DNA of 64,000 bases, from positions 356 to 64,355 of the forward strand of contig SFGY01000005.1 of NCBI GenBank assembly GCA_004556455.1. The letters are read 5' to 3'. The DNA comes from Clostridiales bacterium. Its GTDB lineage: Bacteria > Bacillota > Clostridia > Saccharofermentanales > DTU023. This document shows, piece by piece, positions 55,339 through 64,000 of this stretch. The notes beneath the pieces were generated by a model that ran no database searches, was not told where the DNA came from, and saw only the letters and a list, made by a program, of their open reading frames with translations. Made by a program: the position numbers and the translations under genes. Numbering within the stretch: position 1 is the first letter of the stretch; every line of letters begins with the position of its first letter.

Positions 55339-56529
55339 ATGCGAATTCTTTTTCGGCACAAAAAATATCTACTCTCTTTCCTTCTGGCACTTAGCCTGCT
55401 GTCCTGTGTCTTTTCTGCCGCCGGTCTGAACCAGCTCTACGCTGAAGGCCTTGTGGGGATGGAATCTCCTGATGATGTTCAGCGCGGGCAGAGCTTTAAG
55501 GTGACGATCACGGCCACGGGAGCTGCAGGTGGGGTCGATGGGGTCCAGCTTTACCTCTATTATGACGCCAATGCCTTTACCTTTGTTAAAGCCAATTCGA
55601 CTCTTCTGGAAGCCTCCGGAGATGCGATCTCTTCCGGGACAGATGTACCCGGGCCGCGCAATCTGACCGACAATGGCTCTTTTGTAAATATTATCGCCTT
55701 TGGCAATGCTTATAATTGTCTCAACAATGTTGTTGCTCAGCTGGAATTTATGGCCAAAGCCGATGCCCCGATCAATAAAGCTTCTCTCGTTTTTAAAGGC
55801 GACTCCTTTGTCAGTGTCGTTGGCGTCGGAAAAGTGAAGGCGGTGACGGATAAACTGACCCTGGAGGTTGTCGATTCGAATGTGGCCGCCCAGGGACAGG
55901 AGGAACCCTATCAACCTTCAGAACCGCTTGGTGAAGCCGGAGTGGATCCAGGCCTGGAACAGCCCTTTGATCCCAACAATCAAGTTGCGCCCGTGGAAGC
56001 GGATCCCAATAAAACTCCCGGGGAGTATGGTGTAGACAGCCTTAACGGCGATGGACCTGCCGCGGAGACAACACCGGCCGAGACTTCTGCAAAACCGAAG
56101 CCGACGCCCAAGCCCAGTGAAGCCGCCACGACGGCTGAAAAAAAGGACCTGCTCACGGTCAATGGGCAAAAGCTCAACGTGCCTGCAGCAGGTCTTCCAC
56201 CGGAGCAGATTCCCAAAGGCTTCCAGGGCGGCAGCGAAGAAATCCTGAATCAGCAGTGCCCGCGTATCGCTTCGGCTGAAAAGAATCTGAAGCTTTATTA
56301 TCTGGAACTTGATGGTAAAGCCTCGTTCTATACGTATGACTCTGCAAGTCAGCGTTTTAAAGCGTTCGATATGAAAACTCTGGAGGGAAGCAAGCAGGAA
56401 AAGGATAAGTCCGCTTTTCGTGCCAAGGATGGAGCCCCTTCTACCTGGCTGATTCTGGCTCTGAGCCTGCTCGGTCTGACTTCTCTCAGCGTGATGCTCT
56501 TTACCCTCTTCCGCAATCTGCGGCGCTGA
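55339..56529 (+). CDS. Cohesin-domain protein with a Pro/Thr/Glu linker and a C-terminal membrane anchor
   Basis: The signal peptide is LSFLLALSLLSCVFSAAG. The cohesin-like segment is QRGQSFKVTITATGAAGGVDGVQLYLYYDANAFTFVKA...VAQLEFMAKADA. The linker is AETTPAETSAKPKPTPKPSEAATTAEKK. The C-terminal TM is WLILALSLLGLTSLSVMLFTLF, followed by RNLRR. Confidence 0.6.
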   Translation: MRILFRHKKYLLSFLLALSLLSCVFSAAGLNQLYAEGLVGMESPDDVQRGQSFKVTITATGAAGGVDGVQLYLYYDANAFTFVKANSTLLEASGDAISSGTDVPGPRNLTDNGSFVNIIAFGNAYNCLNNVVAQLEFMAKADAPINKASLVFKGDSFVSVVGVGKVKAVTDKLTLEVVDSNVAAQGQEEPYQPSEPLGEAGVDPGLEQPFDPNNQVAPVEADPNKTPGEYGVDSLNGDGPAAETTPAETSAKPKPTPKPSEAATTAEKKDLLTVNGQKLNVPAAGLPPEQIPKGFQGGSEEILNQQCPRIASAEKNLKLYYLELDGKASFYTYDSASQRFKAFDMKTLEGSKQEKDKSAFRAKDGAPSTWLILALSLLGLTSLSVMLFTLFRNLRR

Positions 56530-56537
56530 AAATTGCG

Positions 56538-57002
56538 ATGAACATTGAATCTTCCGGCTCTTTGAGAGCTTTACGTGAGCGTCTGTCCGGCGAAGGCGGC
56601 AGGGAAATCCTGCGTTACCTGATTGCGGGGGTTTTGACGACCCTCTTTAATCTTGTATTTTTTGCGGTGATCACGGCGATCTTCGGCATGGAGCAGCGCC
56701 ACATTTTCAATGTTATCGACATCGTCCTCTCCATTTTTGTCGCCTACCTGCTGAACCGCATTTATGTTTTTCGTTCCCGGGAAAAATGTCTTGCTGAATT
56801 TATTCGCTTTTTTAGCTCGCGCATCCTTATCTCCCTGCTCTTCGAAGTGGGGGGCTTTTGGTTTCTCTACGATTTTTGCGGACTCAAAGGAACCATTCTG
56901 GGCAGTGATTTTCATTGGGCAAAAGCTCTGACGCAGGTCTTTGTAGTCGTAGGCAATTATCTTGTGGGAAAACTGTTTGTCTTCGTGAGCAAAAGCAAGT
57001 AA
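56538..57002 (+). CDS. GtrA-family membrane protein
   Basis: 154 aa with 4 TM segments. LRYLIAGVLTTLFNLVFF and NRIYVFRS are typical GtrA features. Confidence 0.75.
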   Translation: MNIESSGSLRALRERLSGEGGREILRYLIAGVLTTLFNLVFFAVITAIFGMEQRHIFNVIDIVLSIFVAYLLNRIYVFRSREKCLAEFIRFFSSRILISLLFEVGGFWFLYDFCGLKGTILGSDFHWAKALTQVFVVVGNYLVGKLFVFVSKSK

Positions 57003-57059
57003 AATGTCGCCAGTCATCAGACAGAGAGCGAGAGCTTTTGTCGAAAGAAGGCGGATTTT

Positions 57060-58538
57060 ATGACATTTGAAGAATCACTCGCATATCTTTACAGTGCTGA
57101 AGTTTTTGGCAGCAGGCCGGGTCTTCAACGAATTGCTGAACTGCTCAGACGGCTGGGACATCCCGAAAAACAATATCCCGTTGTGCATATTGCCGGAACC
57201 AATGGCAAAGGTTCGGTGAGCAGTTTCTGTGCCCACATTGCGGCTGCAAAAGACTGGAAATGTGGCTGGTATACTTCACCTTATCTGGAAAGGTTTAATG
57301 AACGCATACGCCTTATTGATGGCCGTGCGGGTTTAGAGCGCTTTGAACAGAATTACCGTAGTCCCGAAATTCCCGACAGTCGTTTTGCCGCAATCATGAC
57401 AGAGATCCGTGAACAGGTTGAACGGATGCTCCAGGATGGTTTTGATCATCCCACCGTTTTTGAGCTGGAAACCGCAGCCGCACTTCTCTGGTATGCTCAG
57501 GAGAAGGTTGATCTGGTCGTGCTGGAAGTGGGTATGGGAGGTCGTCTTGATGCGACAAACGTCGTGGATCAGCCGTTATCCACGGTGATTTGCGCCCTCG
57601 GCTATGACCATATGGATCGTCTGGGTAACACCCTGGGCGAGATTGCGGGCGAGAAGGCGGGGATCATCAAAGAGGGTTGTCCTCTGGTCCTTTATCGTCC
57701 CTCTGACGCCACTCCTGATCCCGCAGAAGCCGCGTCAGCCCTTGCTGTTGTGCAAAAGAAAGCCAAAGATCTGCATGCGCCGCTCACGATTGTATCTTCC
57801 TCAGATATTAGAGAGAGAGAGCAGACGGAAAGAGGCCAGAGCTTTATTTATCAGCGCCCTGGGCAGAAAGTGGGCGAACGCTACGAAATTCAGCTGCTGG
57901 GGGATTACCAGGCAATGAATGCTGCCCTGGCGATTGAAGCCTGCAAATCCTTTGCGACGCCTGCGGAAATTCATGAGGGACTGGCACGGGCAACTTGGCC
58001 TGGACGACTGGAACTCATGCGCCTGCAGCCTCCGGTACTGATTGACGGAGCCCATAATGTGCAGGGCTGTGCAGGTCTGGCCAGGGAAATATCCCGGCGT
58101 TTTGCCGGCTCTGAGCTTATCTTTGTCGTAGGCATGCTGGCGGATAAACAGCACCAGGATATGCTGAAAATGGTTCTGCAGGCCGGGCAGCTGAAACCGG
58201 CATCGATCCTTTGTCTGCGTCCACCCATTGCCCGTGCTCTCGCGCCTGAAAAGCTGGCAGCTGAGGCGGCTGAAGCGTTAGGCCAGCCGCAGCAGCAGTG
58301 TTTACAGCTGAGCGGGAAAGAACTCGCAGATACCCTGGAAATGCTTTATAATCAAAAAGATGGATTTTGCCCGATCGTGAGCTGTGAAGATAACGAAGAA
58401 GGGCTGCTGGCGGCTTTGACCCTGGCAGAAAGCAAAGGTCTGCCCCTTGTTGTTTTTGGCTCACTTTATCTGCTTGGGCAGCTGCGTCCCATTTTGCGTC
58501 GTGTCCTTTGGGCCGATCGGGATCACAGGCAGGAGTAA
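57060..58538 (+). CDS. folC: Bifunctional folylpolyglutamate synthase / dihydrofolate synthase
   Basis: VVHIAGTNGKGSV (P-loop), TSPYLERFNERI, LEVGMGGRLDATN and DGAHN are present. Confidence 0.9.
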   Translation: MTFEESLAYLYSAEVFGSRPGLQRIAELLRRLGHPEKQYPVVHIAGTNGKGSVSSFCAHIAAAKDWKCGWYTSPYLERFNERIRLIDGRAGLERFEQNYRSPEIPDSRFAAIMTEIREQVERMLQDGFDHPTVFELETAAALLWYAQEKVDLVVLEVGMGGRLDATNVVDQPLSTVICALGYDHMDRLGNTLGEIAGEKAGIIKEGCPLVLYRPSDATPDPAEAASALAVVQKKAKDLHAPLTIVSSSDIREREQTERGQSFIYQRPGQKVGERYEIQLLGDYQAMNAALAIEACKSFATPAEIHEGLARATWPGRLELMRLQPPVLIDGAHNVQGCAGLAREISRRFAGSELIFVVGMLADKQHQDMLKMVLQAGQLKPASILCLRPPIARALAPEKLAAEAAEALGQPQQQCLQLSGKELADTLEMLYNQKDGFCPIVSCEDNEEGLLAALTLAESKGLPLVVFGSLYLLGQLRPILRRVLWADRDHRQE

Positions 58539-58541
58539 ATT

Positions 58542-59318
58542 TTGAACTGGAAACTTCGTGTCGATTATTTTCAGGCGCTGAGCGAGGAAGATCTGAGCCT
58601 TTTTGCACCTCCACGTGAAGTCATGCTGGCTGCTTCTTCTTACAATACCGTTTTGGAAATGTTGAGCGTAGGTCAGTTTGAGGCAAGTCAGGAACGAATC
58701 CGACAGATATCAACGGATTACCCGCTTTTTGCTCAGGCCTCGCATCTCTATGCAGTTCTGCTGGCCTCGGCAGGGGAGTTTGAGGAGGCGGAAGCACAGT
58801 TTAAGCGGGTGCGTCTGCTGGAACTGAGTGAGGAAGAGAGCCGGCATCTTGAAGAAGAGCTGGCCGCTGTTCTTAAGGAAACCTCCAGGATCCGCCGTGA
58901 GCGTGAGCGCCTCAAACTGCGAGAATCGATGCTTTTACCCATCCGTGCCGAGATGGCTGCAAGTATTCTGAAAAAGGCTTCGCCACCCCAAAAAGGGCGT
59001 TGGAAAAAATCAAACGATGCTTTTCATGCGGAAGCCGATGAAGCCTACGCCCTTTACCAGGAAGACCAGGCAAAAGAAAGGCGAAAGACAGCAATCATGG
59101 TGATTTCTGCTCTGGCGCTGGCCATTGCTCTGCTGCTTTTTTTCTTTTTCATCGTGCGGCCGGGGATCCTCCGGCGTCAGAGGAAACAGGCTGAGCTAAG
59201 TTCTCGCCTGGACTATCTGGAGAATGCTGTTCGTGAACTTGCCGGAAAGGATCAGGGAGCAGCAGATCTCTGGGAAAAATACGCGGACTGGCTCAAGGAA
59301 GCTCAGACGCAGAAGTAA
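58542..59318 (+). CDS. Hypothetical protein: TPR-like N-terminal half, basic coiled coil and one TM helix
   Basis: The TTG start lies 7 nt after GGAG and 3 nt after the folC stop. The TM helix is IMVISALALAIALLLFFFFIV. I recognise no family. Confidence 0.5.
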   Translation: MNWKLRVDYFQALSEEDLSLFAPPREVMLAASSYNTVLEMLSVGQFEASQERIRQISTDYPLFAQASHLYAVLLASAGEFEEAEAQFKRVRLLELSEEESRHLEEELAAVLKETSRIRRERERLKLRESMLLPIRAEMAASILKKASPPQKGRWKKSNDAFHAEADEAYALYQEDQAKERRKTAIMVISALALAIALLLFFFFIVRPGILRRQRKQAELSSRLDYLENAVRELAGKDQGAADLWEKYADWLKEAQTQK

Positions 59319-59386
59319 ACCATGAATGACCGGGGCTATCTGCGCAAGTCGTGCAGAAAAGCTGTTGATTTTTAGAGGAGAATCCT

Positions 59387-61039
59387 GTGAATTTTATTTC
59401 CAGCCGAAATGACAGCAAAGCAATCAGTTTCAGAGAAGCTTTCTGGCGCGGCCGCGCCGAAGATGGAGGCGCGTATCTTCCTGCTGATTTTGGCAGGCTC
59501 AGCGCATCCGGGCTTTCTTCAGTTCAGGGCCTGAGTTTTCGAGAAGGCTTTGCCTTTCTGCTCTCCCATCTCCTGCCGGAGATCGAGCTGAGCCGATCGA
59601 CTCAGATTGTGCAGGCCGCCTTCCCGGAGGAGCTCTTCGGGGAAGATCCGCTGAAGGCTGCGCCTCTGAATCCCTACAACGAGAAAGAACTGCTCTGGCT
59701 CGCTGAGGGCGGGCCCTCCGGCCATGCGCTCGATTTCAGTCTGGCTCTGGGACGGGAGCTGAGACGGGAATTTGCCGGAGCCGGAAGAGAGGATAAGCTC
59801 GTTCTCTGCGGCGATGGCACGATGGCCACAGCTCTGGCCATGCTGGCGTCACAACGCTGCCTGCCTGAGGGTGGGGAAAACTCTGAACAGCAGGCAAAGC
59901 TGCTCATATGCCTGGATCAGCGCGCCACAAAGGAAGAGCGCGAGATGATCTCGGCCCTGCTTGACGAGGAGGATTGCGGCCTCTTTCTCGATGAAGGAGC
60001 TGCCGACGCAGAGTTCTGCCTTTTGAAGCTTTTTTCAAATCCCGAAAAACGCCGGAAATGGGCTGAGAAAGGCTTCCTCTTGCAGGAGGCCGCAGGCCAT
60101 TCGCCGCTCAGCCTCGTGACCGATCTTATCCTCTTAATTCTCGCCTTTGCCCGGCTTGAAGAGAAATGTCCCCTCAGTGCGGAAGATCCTGTCGATCTTT
60201 ATCTTCCCCTCTATTCTTTTGGACCGCTTCTGGCGGCATTTTATGGTAAGGAGCTGGGGCTTCCTATACGTAAAATTATTGTGGTCAGTGGTCGCAATAA
60301 GATTTTCCCGGATTTTCTGAGAAGCGGGCGCTATAGCCTGGAGCGCCGTTTCTTTAAGACTTGCACGCCCTCGCTTGATCGCCTCTTGCCGGCCGGTCTG
60401 GAAGCTGTACTTTTCGAACTTTGCGGGCGCAAGCGGGAACTTCTCGAAGACTTGCGCAAGAGTCTGGCGGAAAAGCGGCTCTTTGAGGTTCCGCGCAGTT
60501 TGCAACGCAGCTGGGAGCTGCACCTGGCCTCCCTGTACTGTGAGGATCGCCTCATTCTCAGGGAATGCCGCAGCCTTTATGATTCGTCCGATTATCTTCT
60601 CGATGCAGGGGCCTGCGCAGCTTTTGCCTCCATCCACCAGCGTGGCAAAAAAGCCTCTGAACAGGCCAGGGTACTGGTCTATTCTGCCGAAAATCCGCTC
60701 TTGAACACGGAATTTTCGGCCAAAGCTATTTTTAATCGACAGCGCACAGATGAGGCCGCCAGGGAAGAATTGATTGAAGAGTGCGGCCTTTACAGGCCGG
60801 CTCTGGTCGATGTCATGAAGACTTACAGGAAGGCACAGCCTGAACTTCTTCTGCCTGTGAGCGCGGAAGAACTGGAAGAAAAACTTGCCGACCTGCTTTC
60901 CGTAAACAGGGACAAAGGCAGGGTGAAAGATGCTGCTTTGCCGTTGAAAGAAGCGGAGGAAAAGTTGTCAGAGCCAGAACTTGAAGAGAAGCCGAACTCT
61001 GCTGAAACGGGAGCTGTAGCGGAATTAGAAGAAGACTGA
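59387..61039 (+). CDS. Threonine synthase-like (ThrC fold type II PLP family) protein, apparently catalytically degenerate, with an acidic C-terminal tail
   Basis: GTG start after GAGGAG. The N-terminus SSRNDSKAISFREAFWRGRAEDGGAYLP matches Thr_synth_N. LPLYSFGPLLAAFYGKELGLPIRKIIVVSGRNKIFPDFLRSGRYS aligns with E. coli VPSGNFGDLTAGLLAKSLGLPVKRFIAATNVNDTVPRFLHDGQWS. Confidence 0.6.
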   Translation: MNFISSRNDSKAISFREAFWRGRAEDGGAYLPADFGRLSASGLSSVQGLSFREGFAFLLSHLLPEIELSRSTQIVQAAFPEELFGEDPLKAAPLNPYNEKELLWLAEGGPSGHALDFSLALGRELRREFAGAGREDKLVLCGDGTMATALAMLASQRCLPEGGENSEQQAKLLICLDQRATKEEREMISALLDEEDCGLFLDEGAADAEFCLLKLFSNPEKRRKWAEKGFLLQEAAGHSPLSLVTDLILLILAFARLEEKCPLSAEDPVDLYLPLYSFGPLLAAFYGKELGLPIRKIIVVSGRNKIFPDFLRSGRYSLERRFFKTCTPSLDRLLPAGLEAVLFELCGRKRELLEDLRKSLAEKRLFEVPRSLQRSWELHLASLYCEDRLILRECRSLYDSSDYLLDAGACAAFASIHQRGKKASEQARVLVYSAENPLLNTEFSAKAIFNRQRTDEAAREELIEECGLYRPALVDVMKTYRKAQPELLLPVSAEELEEKLADLLSVNRDKGRVKDAALPLKEAEEKLSEPELEEKPNSAETGAVAELEED

Positions 61040-61114
61040 GAGCCGGAGCTTCCTGCCCTTTTTCGGAAAAACAAAGAAATCTCAGGGGCTAAGCGCAGAC
61101 CATAAGAGCCGATC

Positions 61115-62746
61115 TCAGGGCTGAGCGGCTTCCTCAAGATCCTGAATGGAGAGAAGTTTGATGCCGGGATTGCGTTCTTCCACCCAGGAAGAGGCCCATT
61201 CGCTTTCAAAAAGCAAGACCAGGCGGTCATCTTTATCCAGGACTTCCAGAGCACTGCTGCCAATTTTCAGTTCTCCCGGCTGAGGCATTTTGGTCTGATC
61301 TTCAACTGTCACCCAGCGGGCGAGGCGAGAGGGCAGATGCTGGATGTGGAGATCGACTTTATATTCGTTTTTCAGACGAAATTCCAGGACGTCAAACTGC
61401 AGCTCGCCGACCACCCCGATGATGTAGGTTTCTGTGCCGATAGAAGGCTCCTGATACACCTGAATCGCCCCCTCCTCGGCCAGCTGCTCGATGCCTTTCT
61501 GAAACTGTTTGCGCTTCATGGAAATCCTGGCGGAAACCCGGGCAAAATGCTCAGGCGGGAAGACAGGGATAGGCTCAAAATCGATGCGTTTACCGGCAGA
61601 AAGAGAATCGCCGAGATGATACATGCCCGGGTCAAAAAGGCCGAGGATGTCTCCTGCGTAAGCTTCTTCAACGATTTCCCGGTCATTGGCCATGAACTGT
61701 GTCAGCTGAGCGAGCTTGACTTTGCGCCCGCTGCGGTTGTGCAGCACTTCCATATCTTTTTCAAAGCGTCCGGAGTTGATGCGGATAAAGGCAATACGAT
61801 CGTGGTGATCGGGGTTCATGTTGGCCTGAATCTTGAAGACGAAAGCCGAAAAAGGGGTGGCGACAGGGTCGATCGGGCCTTGTCCCGAAATTCTGGCTCC
61901 CGGAGCGGGGGCCATGCGGATAAATTCTCTGAGAAAAAATTCCACACCAAAGTTGGACAGTGCTGAGCCGAAAAAGAGCGGGGTCTGCTCACCGGTGAGG
62001 ATTTTCTGCGGATCAGGCTCGTCCCCGGCCAGATCAAGAAGCTCCAGATCAGCGTTGAGCTTTTCCAGGTAATAGGAACTGAGGACATTTTTAAGGGTGG
62101 GATCGTCAAGCTTAAAGACGGACGCTTCAATTTTTGATGCCCCGTGGTCGCCGCGCTCATGGAAAAGTTCGACCCGCTTCAGCCTGCGATTGTATACGCC
62201 CTGAAAATCCCCGTCAGTACCGATCGGCCAATTGTAGGGAACGGCAAAAATCCCGAGCACTTTTTCCAGCTCGTCCATGAGATCAAACGGGTTCTTCGCG
62301 GCCCGATCCATCTTGTTGATAAAAGTGAAAATGGGGATATGGCGCAGACGGCAGACTTTAAAGAGCTTGATGGTCTGTTCCTGAACGCCGCGCGCTCCGT
62401 CGATCATCATGACGGCCGAATCGGCTGCACAGAGGGTGCGATAGGTATCTTCAGAAAAATCCTGGTGGCCGGGGGTATCGAGAATGTTGATGCACATATT
62501 CTCGTATTCAAATTGCAGGACTGAGGAGGAAACGGAGATGCCGCGCTGTTTTTCGATTTCCATCCAGTCTGAGGTTGCATGCCGGTCCGCTTTACGCCCT
62601 TTTACCGTGCCGGCCAGGTGAATGGCTCCTCCGTAGAGAAGGAGCTTTTCCGTCATGGTCGTTTTCCCGGCGTCAGGGTGGGAGATGATGGCAAAACTGC
62701 GACGACGTGCCACTTCGGCGGCGATTTTTTCTTGTTTCTTATCCAT
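61115..62746 (-). CDS. prfC: Peptide chain release factor 3
   Basis: The start is MDKKQEKIAAEVARRRSFAIISHPDAGKTTMTEKLLLYGG. DTPGHQDF and INKMDR GTPase motifs are present. The upstream 51 codons of ORF 61115..62899 are leader repeat, not protein. Confidence 0.9.
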   Translation of the reverse strand: MDKKQEKIAAEVARRRSFAIISHPDAGKTTMTEKLLLYGGAIHLAGTVKGRKADRHATSDWMEIEKQRGISVSSSVLQFEYENMCINILDTPGHQDFSEDTYRTLCAADSAVMMIDGARGVQEQTIKLFKVCRLRHIPIFTFINKMDRAAKNPFDLMDELEKVLGIFAVPYNWPIGTDGDFQGVYNRRLKRVELFHERGDHGASKIEASVFKLDDPTLKNVLSSYYLEKLNADLELLDLAGDEPDPQKILTGEQTPLFFGSALSNFGVEFFLREFIRMAPAPGARISGQGPIDPVATPFSAFVFKIQANMNPDHHDRIAFIRINSGRFEKDMEVLHNRSGRKVKLAQLTQFMANDREIVEEAYAGDILGLFDPGMYHLGDSLSAGKRIDFEPIPVFPPEHFARVSARISMKRKQFQKGIEQLAEEGAIQVYQEPSIGTETYIIGVVGELQFDVLEFRLKNEYKVDLHIQHLPSRLARWVTVEDQTKMPQPGELKIGSSALEVLDKDDRLVLLFESEWASSWVEERNPGIKLLSIQDLEEAAQP

Positions 62747-62754
62747 AAAACATG

Positions 62755-62834
62755 GCCTCAATTCAGTGCTGGCGTGCTCATTGTCAGAAACTAACAGCCT
62801 CAATTCAGCGCTGGCATACTCGTTTTCAGATAAG
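62755..62834 (-). repeat. 42-bp tandem duplication in the prfC 5' leader
   Basis: On the plus strand, gcctcaattcagtgctggcgtgctcattgtcagaaac (62755-62791) matches gcctcaattcagcgctggcatactcgttttcagataag (62797-62834). Confidence 0.8.
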
Positions 62835-62939
62835 ACGATGCTTATACTTCTGTTAAGACAGCCGTCATGATGGGGCATGAACATTTCTTTTTTTCGCACA
62901 AAAGTATATCAAATGCTTCGCCTAAGTGGAATGTGCCTG

Positions 62940-62948
62940 TGCTATAAT
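62940..62948 (+). promoter_or_regulatory. Extended -10 element (TGCTATAAT) upstream of secD
   Basis: It lies ~35 nt upstream of ATG 62983, which is preceded by GAGGGGG. Confidence 0.4.
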
Positions 62949-62982
62949 GCTCACGATTGTTTAAAACTCTGAGGGGGATTCT

Positions 62983-64000
62983 ATGGCTAAACGTTCTTTC
63001 GCCCAGTCCAAAATCAAGGGTTCGCCCTGGACTGCATTTGTTATCCTGATTATGGTCGTTTTGCTGGGGCTGCTTGCGGCCTTCGGCTGGACCACGCCTT
63101 TCCGCGATGCGGAGGGGAATTTTATGGCGCTTAAAGGAGCGCCGCAGATTCGCTATGGCATTGATATCCGCGGTGGTGTCGAGGCTATTTTTGAGCCGGA
63201 CAACCTGGGCCGCAAAGCAGATGCACGCGAAATGGAAGCCGCGGCCAAAGTGCTCAATTTCCGTCTGGACCAGTTACAGATCCTCGACCGTGAAGTCATT
63301 ACCAGCCCCACCTCGTCTCGTATCACTGTGCGTTTCCCCTGGCGTTCGGATGAAAAGGATTTCAACCCGGATAAAGCCTTAAAAGAACTGGGCGAGATGG
63401 CTCTTCTCACTTTCAGAAGCCCTGACGGTAAGGTTCTTGTCGACGGCAAAAATGTCAGGAGTGCCGGCGTTGCGATCGACACCCGCAACAACATGCCCAT
63501 CGTTCAGCTCGAATTTGATGAAGAGGGCAAAAAACTTTTTGCCGAAGCCACGAAAAAATATCTGAAGCAACCCCTTGGTATCTATCTTGACGAACAACAG
63601 ATTTCCAACCCGGTCGTGCAGGATGTCATCTCCAACGGAACCGGAACCATCAATGGTAAATTTACCCGGGAAGAGGCTTTTGACCTGGCGGCTAAGATCA
63701 ACGGCGGTTCTCTGCCTTTTGCCATGAAGGCGACCTCTTCTTCAACGATCAGCCCTTCACTTGGCCAGAATTCCCTGCACGTCATGAGTAAGGCGGGTCT
63801 AATTGCCTTTATTGTCATCTGCATTTTCATGCTTCTGCGCTATCGTCTGCCTGGCTTTGTCGGCTGCATTTCACTTTCCGCCCAGGTGATCGGGATTTTG
63901 CTGGCCATTTCTATTCCTCAGCAGACCCTGACTTTGCAGGGCATCGCCGGTATTATTCTCTCCATAGGTATGGGCGTTGACGCCAACATTATTATGGCGG
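62983..64000 (+). CDS. secD: Protein translocase subunit SecD (or SecDF fusion), 5' part; runs off the window
   Basis: It is not in the ORF track because no stop lies in the window. My own translation reads MAKRSFAQSKIKGSPWTAFVILIMVVLLGLLAAF..IRYGIDIRGGVEAIFEP..LGIYLDEQQISNPVVQDVISNGTGTINGKFTREEAFDLAAKINGGSLPF..GIAGIILSIGMGVDANII. Confidence 0.85.
   Translation, partial: MAKRSFAQSKIKGSPWTAFVILIMVVLLGLLAAFGWTTPFRDAEGNFMALKGAPQIRYGIDIRGGVEAIFEPDNLGRKADAREMEAAAKVLNFRLDQLQILDREVITSPTSSRITVRFPWRSDEKDFNPDKALKELGEMALLTFRSPDGKVLVDGKNVRSAGVAIDTRNNMPIVQLEFDEEGKKLFAEATKKYLKQPLGIYLDEQQISNPVVQDVISNGTGTINGKFTREEAFDLAAKINGGSLPFAMKATSSSTISPSLGQNSLHVMSKAGLIAFIVICIFMLLRYRLPGFVGCISLSAQVIGILLAISIPQQTLTLQGIAGIILSIGMGVDANIIMA

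Overview
This is 64 kb of a Gram-positive (Firmicutes/Clostridia-like, moderately GC-rich) chromosome. All homology calls come from motifs recognised by eye, with no database searches. The backbone is housekeeping: citrate lyase citDEF (-), hemW-hrcA-grpE-dnaK-dnaJ with a CIRCE operator, the glycine cleavage operon gcvT-H-PA-PB, gap, hpf (-), pcrA, dgt, yfbR, folC, prfC (-) and a partial secD. A carbohydrate block spans about 10.8-24.5 kb: a giant solute-binding protein, two CUT1-type permeases, a membrane protein, an MFS transporter, GH13, GH36, a GPH symporter and GH1. The unusual content is: (i) an LPXTG beta-helix surface protein whose signal peptide is out of frame across a C22 homopolymer; (ii) a PIN/Phd toxin-antitoxin pair; (iii) an XRE + ImmA/IrrE pair divergent from a Y-family DNA polymerase, with iterated operator-like repeats between them; (iv) an M28 peptidase-NfeD-SPFH set; (v) an ABC-type ATPase plus a DUF4276/TOPRIM-like protein directly in front of hemW and translationally coupled to it, which is my best candidate for an uncharacterised conflict/defence module; (vi) a modular GC-rich intergenic repeat in three copies, two of them bracketing yfbR; (vii) a dockerin-bearing wall hydrolase next to a membrane-anchored cohesin protein; (viii) a ThrC-like protein that appears to lack the PLP lysine; and (ix) several in-frame coding tandem repeats and duplicated 5' leaders. 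I recognised no rRNA, tRNA, CRISPR array, transposase or integrase.
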